Assembly (NCBI GenBank): GCA_943704415.1
Contig: CALSCO010000804.1
Span: forward strand, 1 to 52,993
DNA: 52,993 bases
Source: Parvularia atlantis
Taxonomy: Eukaryota
Direction: 5' to 3'
The translations under genes were made by a program, and so were the position numbers. The notes beneath the pieces were generated by a model. The model saw only the letters and a program-made list of their open reading frames with translations, searched no databases and was not told where the DNA came from. Shown here one piece after another: positions 33,375 through 45,245 of the stretch (its first letter is position 1; every line of letters starts with the position of its first letter).

Positions 33375-35222
33375 TCACTCCTCAACCTCGACGATGTGCC
33401 GCCGGCGCTCGCGCAGGCTCGAGATGGACCCTGGCCTGGAGTGCTTGCGCTCGTTCTCCTGCTTGCGCGCGATCGACGCGAGCATCGTCTTTTTGGTGTT
33501 GGTGGCGGAGTAGATCGCCTTCGGGATACGGCGGTGCCTGTGCGCGGCGCATCAGGCATGTGCCACCCAGCCGTCACCAGGCGCGCACCGGGTGATGCGT
33601 CGGACCTCGGGCACGCTCTTGAACTTCTCCTTGAGCGCGTCGTTGTACTCGGCCGCGGCGCGCTGGCGCGGAGCGAGCTGCCGGCGCCGGCCGGCTCAGA
33701 GGGCGACGCGCGCAGGCGGGCGCGGGTGCACACCGTGCCAAGCTGCTCCCAGGCGCGCGTCTTCCACACGCGCAGGTTCGTGTCGTCCGAGCCCGATACG
33801 ACGTAACGGTTGTCGAGCGTGAAGCGCACGCAAAACACCCTGGCGGACCGGCGTGAGCGAGCCGGGCTGGCGCTGCTCCAGTGCGGCACGCACCTCTGCA
33901 TGCGCTTCGTGTGGTAGATGTCGCGCGAGTGCCCGTCGCTCGCGCGGAAGATGCGGATCGAGCGGTCGTACGCGCCCGTGACAATCTCCTGCCCCGTCGG
34001 CGAGTAGTCCACATCCATTCTGCGTCGCGCGTTCAGCCGCAGCCCCCTCGCTGTCTCCGACAGCGCCACGCACACGGCCGAGACGTGGTCCTTGAGGATG
34101 TTGAGCGCGCGGTCCATCTTCCGCATGTCGAACGTGTAGCAGTTGTGGTCCTCGTTGGCCTGCGCGCCTCCCGGCTGAGCACACGCCGGACGCGCAGGCC
34201 GGGCACAACGCGGCGCACCACCGTGAAGTTGAACGCCTCCATCGGGTTCCAGGCGATCGCGTTTGAGCGCATCTGGCACCAACACCAGTCGCATCAGTGG
34301 CGCACACGCGCGAGCAGCAGGGCCGCGCCGCGGCGCACCTCGAGGATCAGCTTGGTCAGCGGCGAGCTGCTGCGAATGTCGTACAGGACGATGTTGCGGT
34401 CGCTGCCCGTGCTCGCGAGCACGTTGACCTCGGTCTTGTTGAAGCGCACAGAGTTGATCGTGTCGGCGCCCCACGCAAACGTGTGCAGCGGCAGCGACCT
34501 GGCACGGCCGCGCTGAGTGCGCCGCTGCCCGCGTTGCGGCCGCGCGCACCGGTTCACGTCCCACACGTCCACGCTCGCGCTCGAGGTGCAGAACCACTCG
34601 TTCTTCTGGTGGTGGTCTACGCCCGTGTACGCGCTCTTGCCCATGAACACGGCGTCGGGCTGCGCGCGTGCGGGCGCGTGAGCGCAGCGCGCGACAAGAC
34701 GCGGCCGCGTGCCTCGTCGTCGACCGGGTCCGTCCAGTTGCGATTATCGTAGTCCATCGACCACATGCGGATGCATTTGTCGTCGCCGACAGAAAGGATG
34801 CCGTCGCCCGCGCTGGTCACGCTCACGCCGCGCACGAACCCGCGGTGCGCCGCGGCCTTCCACACGCAGTTCCTGCTGCCGTTGGTGAGCGCGGCCAGGG
34901 GGGTGCGTGCGCGCAGGGCCACGCACTGCGAGCCGATGTCCCACACGCGGACCTGCCCGTCGGCGCTGCCCGAGACGACGCACGTGAGCTGGCGCGGGTG
35001 CCGCGCGAGCGCGTAGACGCCGTCGGCGTGGCCGTCGAGCGCGGCGACGAACGGGCGGGCGAAGAGGCGCTCGAGCTTGGCGGCGTTGACGGCGCGTGTG
35101 TACTCGCGCGCCTGCTCAAAGGCGTGCATGGCCGGACTGAGGTTGCGGTGCACCTTGTACAGGTCCTCCGACCGCGAGCGCGTGTAGTCGGCGCCCGAGC
35201 GCGAGAGCACCTTGACGCGCAT
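33375..35222 (-). CDS. DCAF13: DCAF13/WDSOF1/Sof1 WD40 SSU-processome protein
   Basis: MRVKVLSRS, HAFEQAREYTRAVNAAKLERLFARPF, WGADTINSVRFN, WNPMEAFNF, ANEDHNCYTFDMR, DVDYSPTGQE, RDIYHTKRMQR, SGSDDTNLRVWK. Confidence 0.97.
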
Positions 35223-35282
35223 GACGGACCACGTGGCCGGCAAAGCATGACACGCCGCCACGCTGTGTTTCGGCTGACCGCG

Positions 35283-36685
35283 ATGGACGCGCTGTTTGAG
35301 CGCGTCGTGGCGGACGGCGACGCGGCGGCCCTCGCGACGGCGCTGCGCAGCGTCAACGCGACCAACAAACGGTACGCCGCGCCGCGCTGCGCATCGTTGC
35401 GAGTGGCCGCCGTGACGCGGCGGTCGGGGTGCGCCGCAGCAAGTGGACGCTGCTGCACTACGCCGCACGCTACGGCAAGGCCGACCTCGTGCGCACGCTG
35501 CTGGACAACGGCGCCGACCGCGCCCTGTGCAACGACGACGGCAAGACGCCGCACGACCTCGCGCTGCAGTGGGGCTTCGCAAAGGTCGCCGAGCTGCTCG
35601 CGCCCGCGCCCGCGCCCGCCGCACCGTCCGCGCCATCGGCTGCATCGCCCACCGCGCCCGCGCCGCCCAACTTTTTCGCGGGCGGCCTGCTCAACAGGGT
35701 GTCGAGCCTGCGCAAGGACGCGCAGTGGGTCGCCGACGCGCTCGCCGCCGCCGCCGCCGAGGCGATCGTCCTCTCGGGCTCAGCGGTGCTGCTGCGCGCG
35801 GGCGCGACGTCGAGCGACGCCGCCGTTGCAGTGGTGCGCGTGCGGCAGACGGCGCTGGCGCAGCTCGTGGCGGAGCCAGGTGCGACGTGGGTCTTGCTTG
35901 GAGTGGACGACGACGGCACGCAGGCGCCGCTGTTTGCAGTCGACGTGGGCGAGGCGCAGGCGGCGGCGCTGGCCCTGGCGGCGGACGGCGCCAGTGGAGG
36001 GGCCGCTGCGTTCCAGCCGCTGCGCCCAGGCGCGTTCCAGATCGCGCACCTGCCCGACGCGGCGCTGGTGGCGCAGGCGCGTGCCGTGCTCGATTGGAAC
36101 GCGCGCAACCAGTTTTGCGCCATCTGCGGCACGCGCACGACCTCGGACGAGGCCGGGTACAAGCGCGTGTGCGGCAACAGCGAGTGCAAGACGCACGGCT
36201 CGGTGCAGAACGTGTCGTACCCGCGGCTGGACGCGGTCGTTATCGGCCTCGTGCTCTCGCCCGACCGCTCGCGCACGCTGCTTGGCCGCGGGCACCAGTT
36301 CCCCGACGGCTTCTTCTCGTGCCTGGCCGGGTTCATGGAGCCCGGTGAGTCGATCGAGGAGGCGCTGCGGCGCGAGGTGTTTGAGGAGTCGGGCGTGCGC
36401 GTGGGCGCGGTGCGGTACCACTCGTCCCAGCCGTGGCCGTTCCCGTCGCAGATCATGATCGGGTGCATTGCCCAGGCCGTGACGGACGAGATCCGCATCG
36501 ACCGCGACGAGCTGGCCGACTGCCGCTGGTTCAGCCGCGCCGACGTGGCCGAGGCAGTCGCGGCGTCGTCGGGCGGGGGCGGCGCGCGGTCGGGCGCGCT
36601 CAAGGTGCCGCCCAAGTACGCCATCGCGCACGCCCTCATGCGCGCGTGGGTCGCGGGCGAGGGCGAGGGCGCGGCCAAGCTGTGA
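35283..36685 (+). CDS. NUDT12: Ankyrin-repeat NADH pyrophosphatase / NAD-cap decapping Nudix hydrolase with PTS1
   Basis: Ankyrin TLLHYAARYG...LLDNGAD; zinc motif FCAICG...CGNSEC; YPRLD; Nudix box AGFMEPGESIEEALRREVFEESG; SQPWPFP; C-terminal AKL-stop. Confidence 0.95.
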
Positions 36686-36742
36686 ACGCTGTGCTGTGAC
36701 GATTGGCTAACCTGGCCAGCGGCCACTGGGCGTGCGTATGTG

Positions 36743-37529
36743 TCACGGTGTCGAGCCAAAGAGCGTGGTGCTGTGTGCGAGTGCGGGCACGACCTCGACG
36801 TGCTTGCCAGCCGCGTCGCCGCCGGTGGGCGCGGCGACGAGCACGAGGCGCGACACGTGCTGCTCGAGGGCACGGATCACGTTGGCGTCGCCTGCGAGTG
36901 GCGGACGCGCGTGAGCACAGCACCGCGCAGCCACCGCGCACAGAACGGGCCCCACACACCGTCCACGTGCACCTGTGGCTCGATGTGGCGCACGATGTGC
37001 ACCCTGCCGGCGTCGGTCTCGTGGAACAGGAGCTTCTGCGGTCGCGCGGGGTCCGTCACGCCCCCGCACACAGGCGCCATGCGCGTGGCCGGGCCGCACC
37101 TGCGCATCCACCCCAGGCACGCTCGCGAGCGCGCGCGTCACTGCCGCCTCTTGCACGTCCGTGTCCACGCGCGTGATCACAAACAGGTTGACCTGCCGCG
37201 CCAGGCGTTCGAGCTGCTGCCGCGCCGCGGCCGAGAGCGTCCAGTCGCCGGCGCGGAAGAGCGTCTGAAGGGGCAGCAAGGGGGCCGTGAGCCGCCATCG
37301 GCCGCGCGCACGCCACCCGCCGCACCCCGTTTGCTGACAGCGTCACGGTCGTGTGCGCGCCCAGGTGCCCGCGCCCCGTGCTCGGCGCGGGCTGGGCGCT
37401 CGGTGTGCGCTCGCCGCGCGCACGCAGCTGCGGCGTCGCCCCGCGCCGGCGCGTGCCGAGCCAGGCGAGCGCGCCGAGCACGGCGACGACGACGACCGCG
37501 GCGGCGATGCGTCCGGCCGGCAGGGCCAT
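36743..37529 (-). CDS. PEX22: Peroxin Pex22-like membrane anchor (plant/fungal type)
   Basis: N-terminal TM followed by basic RRR; NLFVITRVDTD; KLLFHETDAGRVHIVRHIEPQVHVD, resembling the remembered plant PEX22 motif KVLFCSTENGR..FVRQLEPDWHID. Confidence 0.75.
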
Positions 37530-37576
37530 GTGAATGGATGCAAGCGCGCGCAAAAGTGAAGACACACAGCATGCGT

Positions 37577-38314
37577 CTACGCGAACGACGAGCTCACAAA
37601 GCTCGGCCACTGCGCGATCGGCACGCCCTGCGCCAGGGCCTGGTCGTACACCGCGTCCGCGTCGACGTTCTTCGGCGTGGGGCTCCCGCGGCCGGTCGTG
37701 TACAGCTGGTGCATCTTGACGTTGAGCACCTGCGCGCCATTCAGCGCCTGACGCCACGCAGCCGGCGCACGCGTGCCGCCGCCACACCAGCGACTGGAAG
37801 TACAGCTTGTTGGACAGCGCGAGCTGGTCCCGCGTCTCGGCCAGCTGCGCGTTCGCCTGCCGCGACATCGCGCGCTTCAGCCGCGCTGCCCACGCCCACG
37901 CCCGTTCCGCACCGCCTTCAGCTTGGTCTCCATCCCCTCTAGTGCCAGATTCTTCAGGTCCATGATCTCGAGCAGGCGCTCGATGCGGCTCTTGTCGTCT
38001 GCGTGCGTGCGCGCGCGTCAGCACACGCACTCGCGCCGTCACGCGGCCGCGCCCGCACCGCCCAACGCCTCGACCTCCCGCTGCGCCTCCGGGTTGCGCG
38101 CGCGCGCCTCGGCCAGGGCCGTGATGATCTCGTCAAACTGCCGGTCCCACTTTTGCTGCAGCGCCTCGCGCTGGGCCGGGCCGCCGGATCCGGGTGATTC
38201 TGCCCGCGCGGGCGCGCCAAACGCGTCGGAGCTGCTGCCGGCGCGTCTGTGTCCCGCCGGGGCGCCGCCGGCGACGGCGCCGGCGACGGCTCGCGACGCG
38301 CGCAGCTCGCTCAT
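37577..38314 (-). CDS. Unknown coiled-coil protein with conserved-looking C-terminal helical module
   Basis: Four exons with canonical introns: ...LEGMETKLKA|ANAQLAETRDQLALSNKLYFQSL|VLNVKMHQL...NVDADAVYDQALAQGVPIAQWPSFV-stop. Host-like codon usage. Confidence 0.75.
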
Positions 38315-38425
38315 GTCGCGCGGAAGGAAGCTCGCAAAAGGTGTCGCCGGGGTCAGAGCAAAAAAAGAACGCGCGGCCATGCTGGTGAGAACGTGTCGCA
38401 GGGAGGCACTTTTTCGACACTCGCC

Positions 38426-41400
38426 ATGTCACTCTTCAAGCGGCTGGGCGACGCAGTCGCGTCGGCGGGCGCGGCGGCGGCGAGCGCGGCGGCGGTGGCG
38501 GCGGCACCGGGCGACGAGGGCGAGGGCGGCGGTGATGGTGCGCGTGTGCGTGTGTACGGTGGGTCGGCGCGACGCTGAGTGCGCGGCAGCCGACGACGAT
38601 GACCCGTCGCTCGACGTTGAGCGGCGCCTCGCGCTTAAGACCGCGCGCCTCAGCCGACTCGAGCGCAAGTTCAAGGGTGCGCGGCGCGTGCGCGTGGGTC
38701 GGGCTGCTGATGGCAGCGCACACGCAGAGCTCGTGACCGCGTACAAGAACATCGTCAAGGAGCGCAAGAACTTCCAGGTGCCGCGGCGCTGTCGACGTGG
38801 CCGTCTCAGCGTGCCGCACGCTGATCTGCGGGCCGCGCACCAGAAAATCGTCCAGGCAACGTCGTCCTTCACAGACCTGGCCGATCCGGACGGGTTGCTC
38901 GTGTTTTACACGAACCTCGTCAAGACACAGGAGGTGCGATGCGCACTGTCCAGCTCGCGCGTGCTGAGTGCGCGGCCGCCACCAGATCGCGCGGCAGGAG
39001 ATCGCGCGACTGACGCAGGCGGGCAGCGGTGCGGCCGCATCGACGCATACACCTACACGCGACACTAACCCGCTGCGCCTCGCAGACGCCGCCGCCGAGC
39101 TCGCGAGTCTGCGCAGCGCCGTGGACGACAAGGACGCGGTGCGTTCATGGGCGCGTGCGCGCGCTGTGGAACGCCAACGACCGTACGCCCGCGCACGCGT
39201 GCTGCAGCAAATCCAGAAGATGAAGCAGGACTTTGCGCTGCTGGGGCGCCAGGTGTGCGCATGCAGCGCTGCATTCACGGACTGGCATCTCACCGCGCCG
39301 CGCACAGCTCAATACGAAGCGGGCGGAGGAGCCGGCGTCGCAGGCGCTGTCGGTCGAGATGGCCGAGCTCGGTGCGGTGGACAAATGCACGCTGCGCCGA
39401 TGCTGACGGTGCTGCCGCGCCGCATCAGACGCGCTGCGCACGCGCGTGCAAACATATGAGGAGACCAACACCGTGCTCGAGGACAAGGTCAAGCAGATGG
39501 CCGTGATGATCAAGAAGCTGACCGACAACCGGGCGAGCACCAAGGAGCGCGTCGTGCTCCTGCTTGCGCAGAACCAGGCGCTGCAGCGCAAGCTCGAGGC
39601 CGGTGCGTGACCGTGCGCCGCCTGCGCTCGTGCTCGTCTGCTGAGTGGCTGCCGTCCGCAGCGACCGGCGAGAGCGCGGCGGCTGCCGATGGCTCGGTAC
39701 CGCCAGCGGACACGGACGACTTTGAGGCGCTTAACACGTCGGCCGCGTCCGTGTCGCAGAGCGATGCGTCTGCGCGCGAGCTGGAGGCGTCCAAGGTGGA
39801 CGCCGCTCGCTCTGTCACTCGTTGCGGCTGACGTGCTCTGACTGCAGAGCGCCCTTGCTGCCGCCGAGCGCGAGCTGGCGTCGGAGCGTGCGGCGGCCGA
39901 CCAGCGCGCGCGCCAGCTTGAGGAGGTGTGGCGATTGGCGTGGCGTACAGCATCGCGCGTGCTGACCGCTCGCGCAGTGCCAGACCCAACTGCAGGCGGC
40001 GAGCGAGCGCGTACAGGAGCTGACGGACCTCACCGCGTCGCTCAAGCAGCAGCACGAGCTCGCCCTTGCCGATGCCGACACTCGTGTCAAGCAGGCTGCG
40101 GCTGAGGCCGAGGCTCAAGCGCGCGCCGAGGCCAACACCCGCGTCAAGCAGGCATATGCAGAGGCCGATGCCCGTGTCAAGCAGCACGAACAGGCCGAGC
40201 AGGAGCTGTCGCAGAGGCTGGTGTCGCTGCAGACGCAGCTGAGCCACGCACAAGCAGGGCACGAGCGCGTCGCCGAGCTAGAGCGGCAGGCGAGTGGCTA
40301 TAGTGTGCACCCGCTGCTGCACGCGCACGCTGACCTGCTGCACGCGCGCATAGCTACAGCTCGAGATCGAGCACGCCAAGCACGCCAAGCACGTCGCCAC
40401 ACAGCTAAGCCAGGCAGAGGAGCGGCTGCAGCAGCTCGAGGCGGCGAACCTGGCCACCGAGCAGCAGCTGCGCGCCGACCTCTCGGCCGCCAAGGCGCAC
40501 GGCGACGCGACAGCACGCGAGCTGGCAACGGCCAAGCAGCACGCGCACGAGGCCGAGGCTGCACGGCAGGCGTTGCAAGACCGCGTGACGGGGCTCGATG
40601 CTGAGGTATGCTGGGAGCCGGCAACCGCTCGTTGCTGACCGGCGTGCCAACAGCTCAACGTGGTCCAGTTGCTCGGTCGCGAGCAGAAGGCGCAGCTGAC
40701 CGATCAGCAGCAGCTGCTGCGCGTGGCGGCCGAGGCGCGTGCTGTGCTCGAGAGCCGGCTGAAGGAGTCGCAGATGAGCGACGCCGAGGTGCGTGCGCGT
40801 GCAGAAGAAGGGCGTGCTTACACCGCACCGCGCAGGCGGTGCAGTCGCTGTCGGCCGAGCGTGACGCGCTGCTGCAGGAGCTGCAGAGGACACGCACGGA
40901 GTTGAACGGGGCCATGCAGGTGCTGCGCGTCGAGCACGAGCAGGTGAGCTTTGGCCGTGCACCGATCGAGCTGATGCGCCATCACACAGGTGCTGGAGCG
41001 TGAGCGCAAGCTGGCAGATGAGTTCCAGCGTACCAGCGAGCGCCTGCAAGCAGCGGAGGCCGTGGCTGCGCAGGCGGACGCGGCCGCGGTCGAGCTTCGT
41101 CAGGGCGAGGCCGCGTCTGCAGCGGCCGTTGCTGCCCAGCTGGAGCGCATCACAACCCTCGAGGCAGACCTGACCAAGCGCGACGAGCGCGTCTCAACCG
41201 TGGAGGTAGACCTAGCCAAGCGTGGCGAGCGCGTCGCCTTGCTCGAGACCGATCTGACCAAGCGCAACGAGCGTGTCGCAACCCTCGAGGATGACCTGCA
41301 AGCGGTGAGTGCTCGCGCCTCACAGCTCGAGCAGCAGCTTCAGCAGGCGCGACGGAAGGACGACGAGCAGCTGAGTAGCTTGCAGGCTGAGCGGCAGCAA

Positions 41401-43860
41401 GCACTGCAACGCGTGCAGGAGCTCGAGGTCGAGCTGCAACAAGCACGAGCGGCAGTCGATAACCAGACGCGCGCGGCCGAGCAGCGTGTCAAGCAGATTG
41501 AGGCCGAGCTGCAGCAAGCACGCTCTGCAGCAGACGAGCGCGTGAAGCAGCTTGAGGTCGAGACGGAGACGCACCGCCTGCGACTTTCGCAGCTCATGAC
41601 GCACGACGAGGCACTGGCCAGCAACCTGCGTGAGGTGTCGGCCCAGCTGGCCAAATCGACAGCCGAGCTCGATGTGGCACGCAACGCGGCAGCGGCCAGC
41701 GAGGCAAGTCTGCGGTTGCAGATCAACGGGCTGACGCAGCAGCTCGAGGCGGCAGCCGGCCAGCAGGGCGCGACCGCTGCCGCGCTGGAGGAGCAGCTGG
41801 TGCAGATGCGCGGGGAGCGGGACCAGCTGTGCGCCGAGACGGACCAGCTGCGCGCCACGGGCGACCAGTTGCGCGCGAGCATGGGCGTGCAGACCGCTGC
41901 CCTGGCTGCCGAGCGCGACCAGCTGCGCACGCGCCTCGATGGCGAGATCAGCGCCCTGTCTGCCGAGCTGCGGCAAGCCCGGTTGCGCGCCGAGCAGTCG
42001 ACCCAACAGGCGGGCACGGCGCTTGACGCGCTCGGCTCGGTTCAGGTGCGCCGCTCGCTTGCCCCGCGCCGACCCTGCCGACTGACCCGGCTGCCAGGCG
42101 CAGCTGTCGAAGGTCAAGAGCGAGCTGGATGCGAGCGACGGGCGATGCGAGGCGCTGCAGGCCGAGGTGACGGTCAAGCAGCGCGAGCTGGACGAGTACG
42201 CGCAGTTTTGCAAGGAGCTCGAGCGGCACAACCAGGCGCTTGTGCTGGTGCGCGCGCCCTACGGCACAGCGGTTGGCGACTGATGCGCGCTCGCAGGAGA
42301 GCGAGGCGAAGGAGGCCGAGCTGGGCCGGACGCGGACGGCGGTGCAGCAGCTGCAGGACAACGTGACCTACCACCGACAGGAGAGCGAGCGCAAGTCGCA
42401 GCAGATGGAGGACAACATGCGCGTGCTCGCGACGCTTGAGGCCGCGCTGGTGCGTGCGCGCGTGATGCTGCCCTGCGAGCTCAACGCGCACGTCGCCCAG
42501 GACGAATGGAGGGCCAAGCACGACCTGCAAGCGAGCCAGCTGACCGAGAGCGTGGCGCAGCTGTCGCGGCAGCAGCAGCACTTTGAGGGTGTGCGCTGCG
42601 TGCTGTGTGCGGTGCGCCATTGACGCGTGCGTTGCACGGCGCAGAGCTCGAGGTGCAGCTCGGCCAGCGCGAGGACGAGGTGCATCGGCTCGCCGCGGAT
42701 CTGAGCAAGACCGAGCAGTCGCTGCGCGACAAGGTGCGGCGGAACAGCGTCGTGCGTGCAGCGAGCAGTGGTCTGAACACGGGACGCTTGCAGGCGGCAC
42801 AGGCGCAGACGCTGCAGCAGGAGACGGATGAGATGCGGCAGTCAGCGCGCACGCTGGAGGAGGACAAGCTGACGCTGACGGCGCTGAGTGAACGCCTCGG
42901 GTGCGCTGCAGGTGGCTTCGTCTGCCGCGGGCGACTGACTCGGCACGCCCAGTGAGCGCGTGCGCCATCTGGAGCACACGTGCGGCGAGCAGGAGACGCT
43001 CCTGGCGGCGCTGCCGGCCCGGTCGGCCGCGCTCGAGAGCGTGCAGAGCAAGTGCGAGCGGCTCGAGCGCGACCTGCAGCTCTGCCGCGACACGCTCGTG
43101 CAGACCGACGCGCAGCTGCGCAACACCGAGGACAGCCTGAGCATGGCGCAGGCGAGCGGGCGCGACCTCACGGCGGTCGTGGAGCAGCTGCGGCAGCAGC
43201 TGGTGCGCGCCACTCGCCTGACCGCTCGGCGGCTGACGTGCTCTCGGCAGGATCGGTACGCGCAGGTCGAGGAGCAGCTACGGGCGGCGTCGGCGCAGCT
43301 CGAGACGGTGCAGCAGGAGCTGAGCGCCAAGGAGGAGGACTGGCGCATCAAAGAGTCGCAAGTGCGCGGGGGGCCCGCGCGGTCGCGTGTCTGTAAGGCC
43401 GCCCTCACGCCCACGACAGCTCAAGGCGCTCAACAAGACGCTCAAGGAGGAGGTGCGCAAGCTCGGGCGGTCACGCGAGGGCGCGGGCGCGGGCGGGCCG
43501 GTCATCGGCGCGAGCTCCAGTGCCGTCATTGGCGGCCTGCCCATCGGCACGGGCGCGGGCGACGGCGTGAACCTCGAGTGCGTGCGCGTGCAAAGGCGAC
43601 GCGGCGCGCGGCTGACAGGACGCCCGCGCGCGCGCAGGTACCTGAAGCACTGCGTGCTCAAGTACATGGAGTACGACGACCAGCGGACGGTATGCGTCAG
43701 GCCAACGGGGCGCGCAACGCTGACGCCGCACGCGCGCGCGCAGGTGCCACTCATCAAGGTGATCGGGCTCATCCTCCGCTTCACGCCCGACGAGCTCAGC
43801 CGCGTGCAGGCGCGGGTGCAGGCGCGGCTCAACCCGCTGTCGGCACTCCTGCCGTCGTGA
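38426..43860 (+). CDS. GRIP-domain golgin (Imh1/golgin-97/245-like)
   Basis: N-terminal MSLFKRL; RLSRLERKFKELVTAYK; long coiled coil; C-terminal GRIP VNLEYLKHCVLKYME...PLIKVIGLILRFTPDE. Confidence 0.9.
41143..41298 (+). repeat. 42-bp (14-aa) coding tandem repeat, about 3.7 copies, in the golgin
   Basis: ERITTLEADLTKRD / ERVSTVEVDLAKRG / ERVALLETDLTKRN / ERVATLEDDL. Confidence 0.9.
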
Positions 43861-43927
43861 GGCAAAGCAAATGTTCACCTAGACGCGCGCAGTAGACAGA
43901 CAGAGTGGCATGTATGGGGCGGGCCCG

Positions 43928-44048
43928 TCAGAAGCGCTCGTACTGAGGCTTGCGCCCAAACCAGGACGAGATCGCGTCGTACCAAAGCTCGAAGTTGCTC
44001 TGCTTCAACCCCCAGATGAGGAACGTGAAGAGCCCGCACGAGCACACT

Positions 44049-44097
<49 letters not shown>

Positions 44098-45174
44098 CGT
44101 GAGCGGCGCGAGGGCGGAACCAGGGCGGCGCGCGCACTCGCAAATGTGTGGAAGATCCACCCGCCAAAGCTGTTGCCCGCGACCGTGACTGAGATGCGGT
44201 TGGCGAAGAAGGTGAAGAAGATGAGCTCGAACACGGTCACGAACGCAAACTGGCGCATGAGGATCCGCCGCCGCTCAACCGGCTGCGCCAACAGCTTGGC
44301 CTGAGCCTCGGGGTCCTGCGCGGCCATGGGGTTGTCGGGCCCGGCCGCGACCTGGAGCGATCTGCTCATGGTGAGGATGATGGCGCCTGCACGTGTGCGT
44401 CTGTTGGCGGCAGCAGCAGCAGCGTGCACGACGCGCACCCCACATGACCGCGCCGAGCACGCACGCGACGCCCATCGGCCCGTAGAAGTTGAGGTAGATG
44501 TAGAGCGTCTCGTCCGACTCGATGAAGCACCACACGCCGTCGAAGCCGATCTTGTCGGCGGCCTGCGTGATCGTGTGAGGCGGGTGCGCGCACGCGGGCA
44601 GGGGCGGACGGATGAGCGGTCGCACCACGGGCGGGATCGTGAGCACGACGGGCACGACAAGGCCGGCGAGGACGAGCCAGCGCGTCTTGATCTCGACGTG
44701 CGGGCGGCATATGCGCAGGTACAGGTGCACGGTGAGGATGAAGAAGAAGACGATCATCGACGTGCTGCGCGCGCGCCGTATGAGCCGTGTGAGCCGTGCG
44801 AGCCGTGCGTCGTGCGCGGCGCGCGCACCCGAAGAGCATGAGCAGCGCGCCCTGCACCTCGCACAGCACGCTGCTCTCGGCCGCGAGCGCGTCGGGCCCG
44901 GCCGCGCCGCCGATGAGCAGCAGCAGGTCGACGAGGGTGGCGCTGTGCGTGTGGGGCGCACGTGAGGGGTGCGGGCGCGGGGGAGTGCGCACCTGAGCAC
45001 GAAGAGGAGCGTGTTGGCCCAGGACGCGACCAGGCGCTTCTCCTCGAAGAGCGTGAAGGTGAGGAGCACGAACGTGGCCGAGATGACCGAGACGGGCGAG
45101 AGCACGAGCAGCATCGTGCGCAGGAATGCCGTCTGGTCGTCCGTGAGCCCGCCGTCCCCCGCCGACGTCGACAT
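43928..45174 (-). CDS. Seven-transmembrane GPCR, cAMP-receptor/Git3/GCR1-like
   Basis: Seven hydrophobic segments after splicing; TM3 CEVQG and ECL2 WCFI cysteines; YGP in TM5; GLFTFLIWG in TM7; C-terminal YERF (YxxPhi). Confidence 0.82.
44063..44092. repeat. (GA)n microsatellite in a GPCR intron
   Basis: Directly visible. Confidence 0.9.
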
Positions 45175-45245
45175 CGTGCTGAGCGAGCGAGCGGCGCGTG
45201 GCGTGCGGAGCGACCGGCAACACACGCCCGCACAAACAGTGACGG

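Noticed and set aside
41143..41298. 42-bp periodic repeat as a CRISPR-like array
   Set aside because: The units are contiguous, lack spacers and vary at the codon level within a coiled-coil reading frame.
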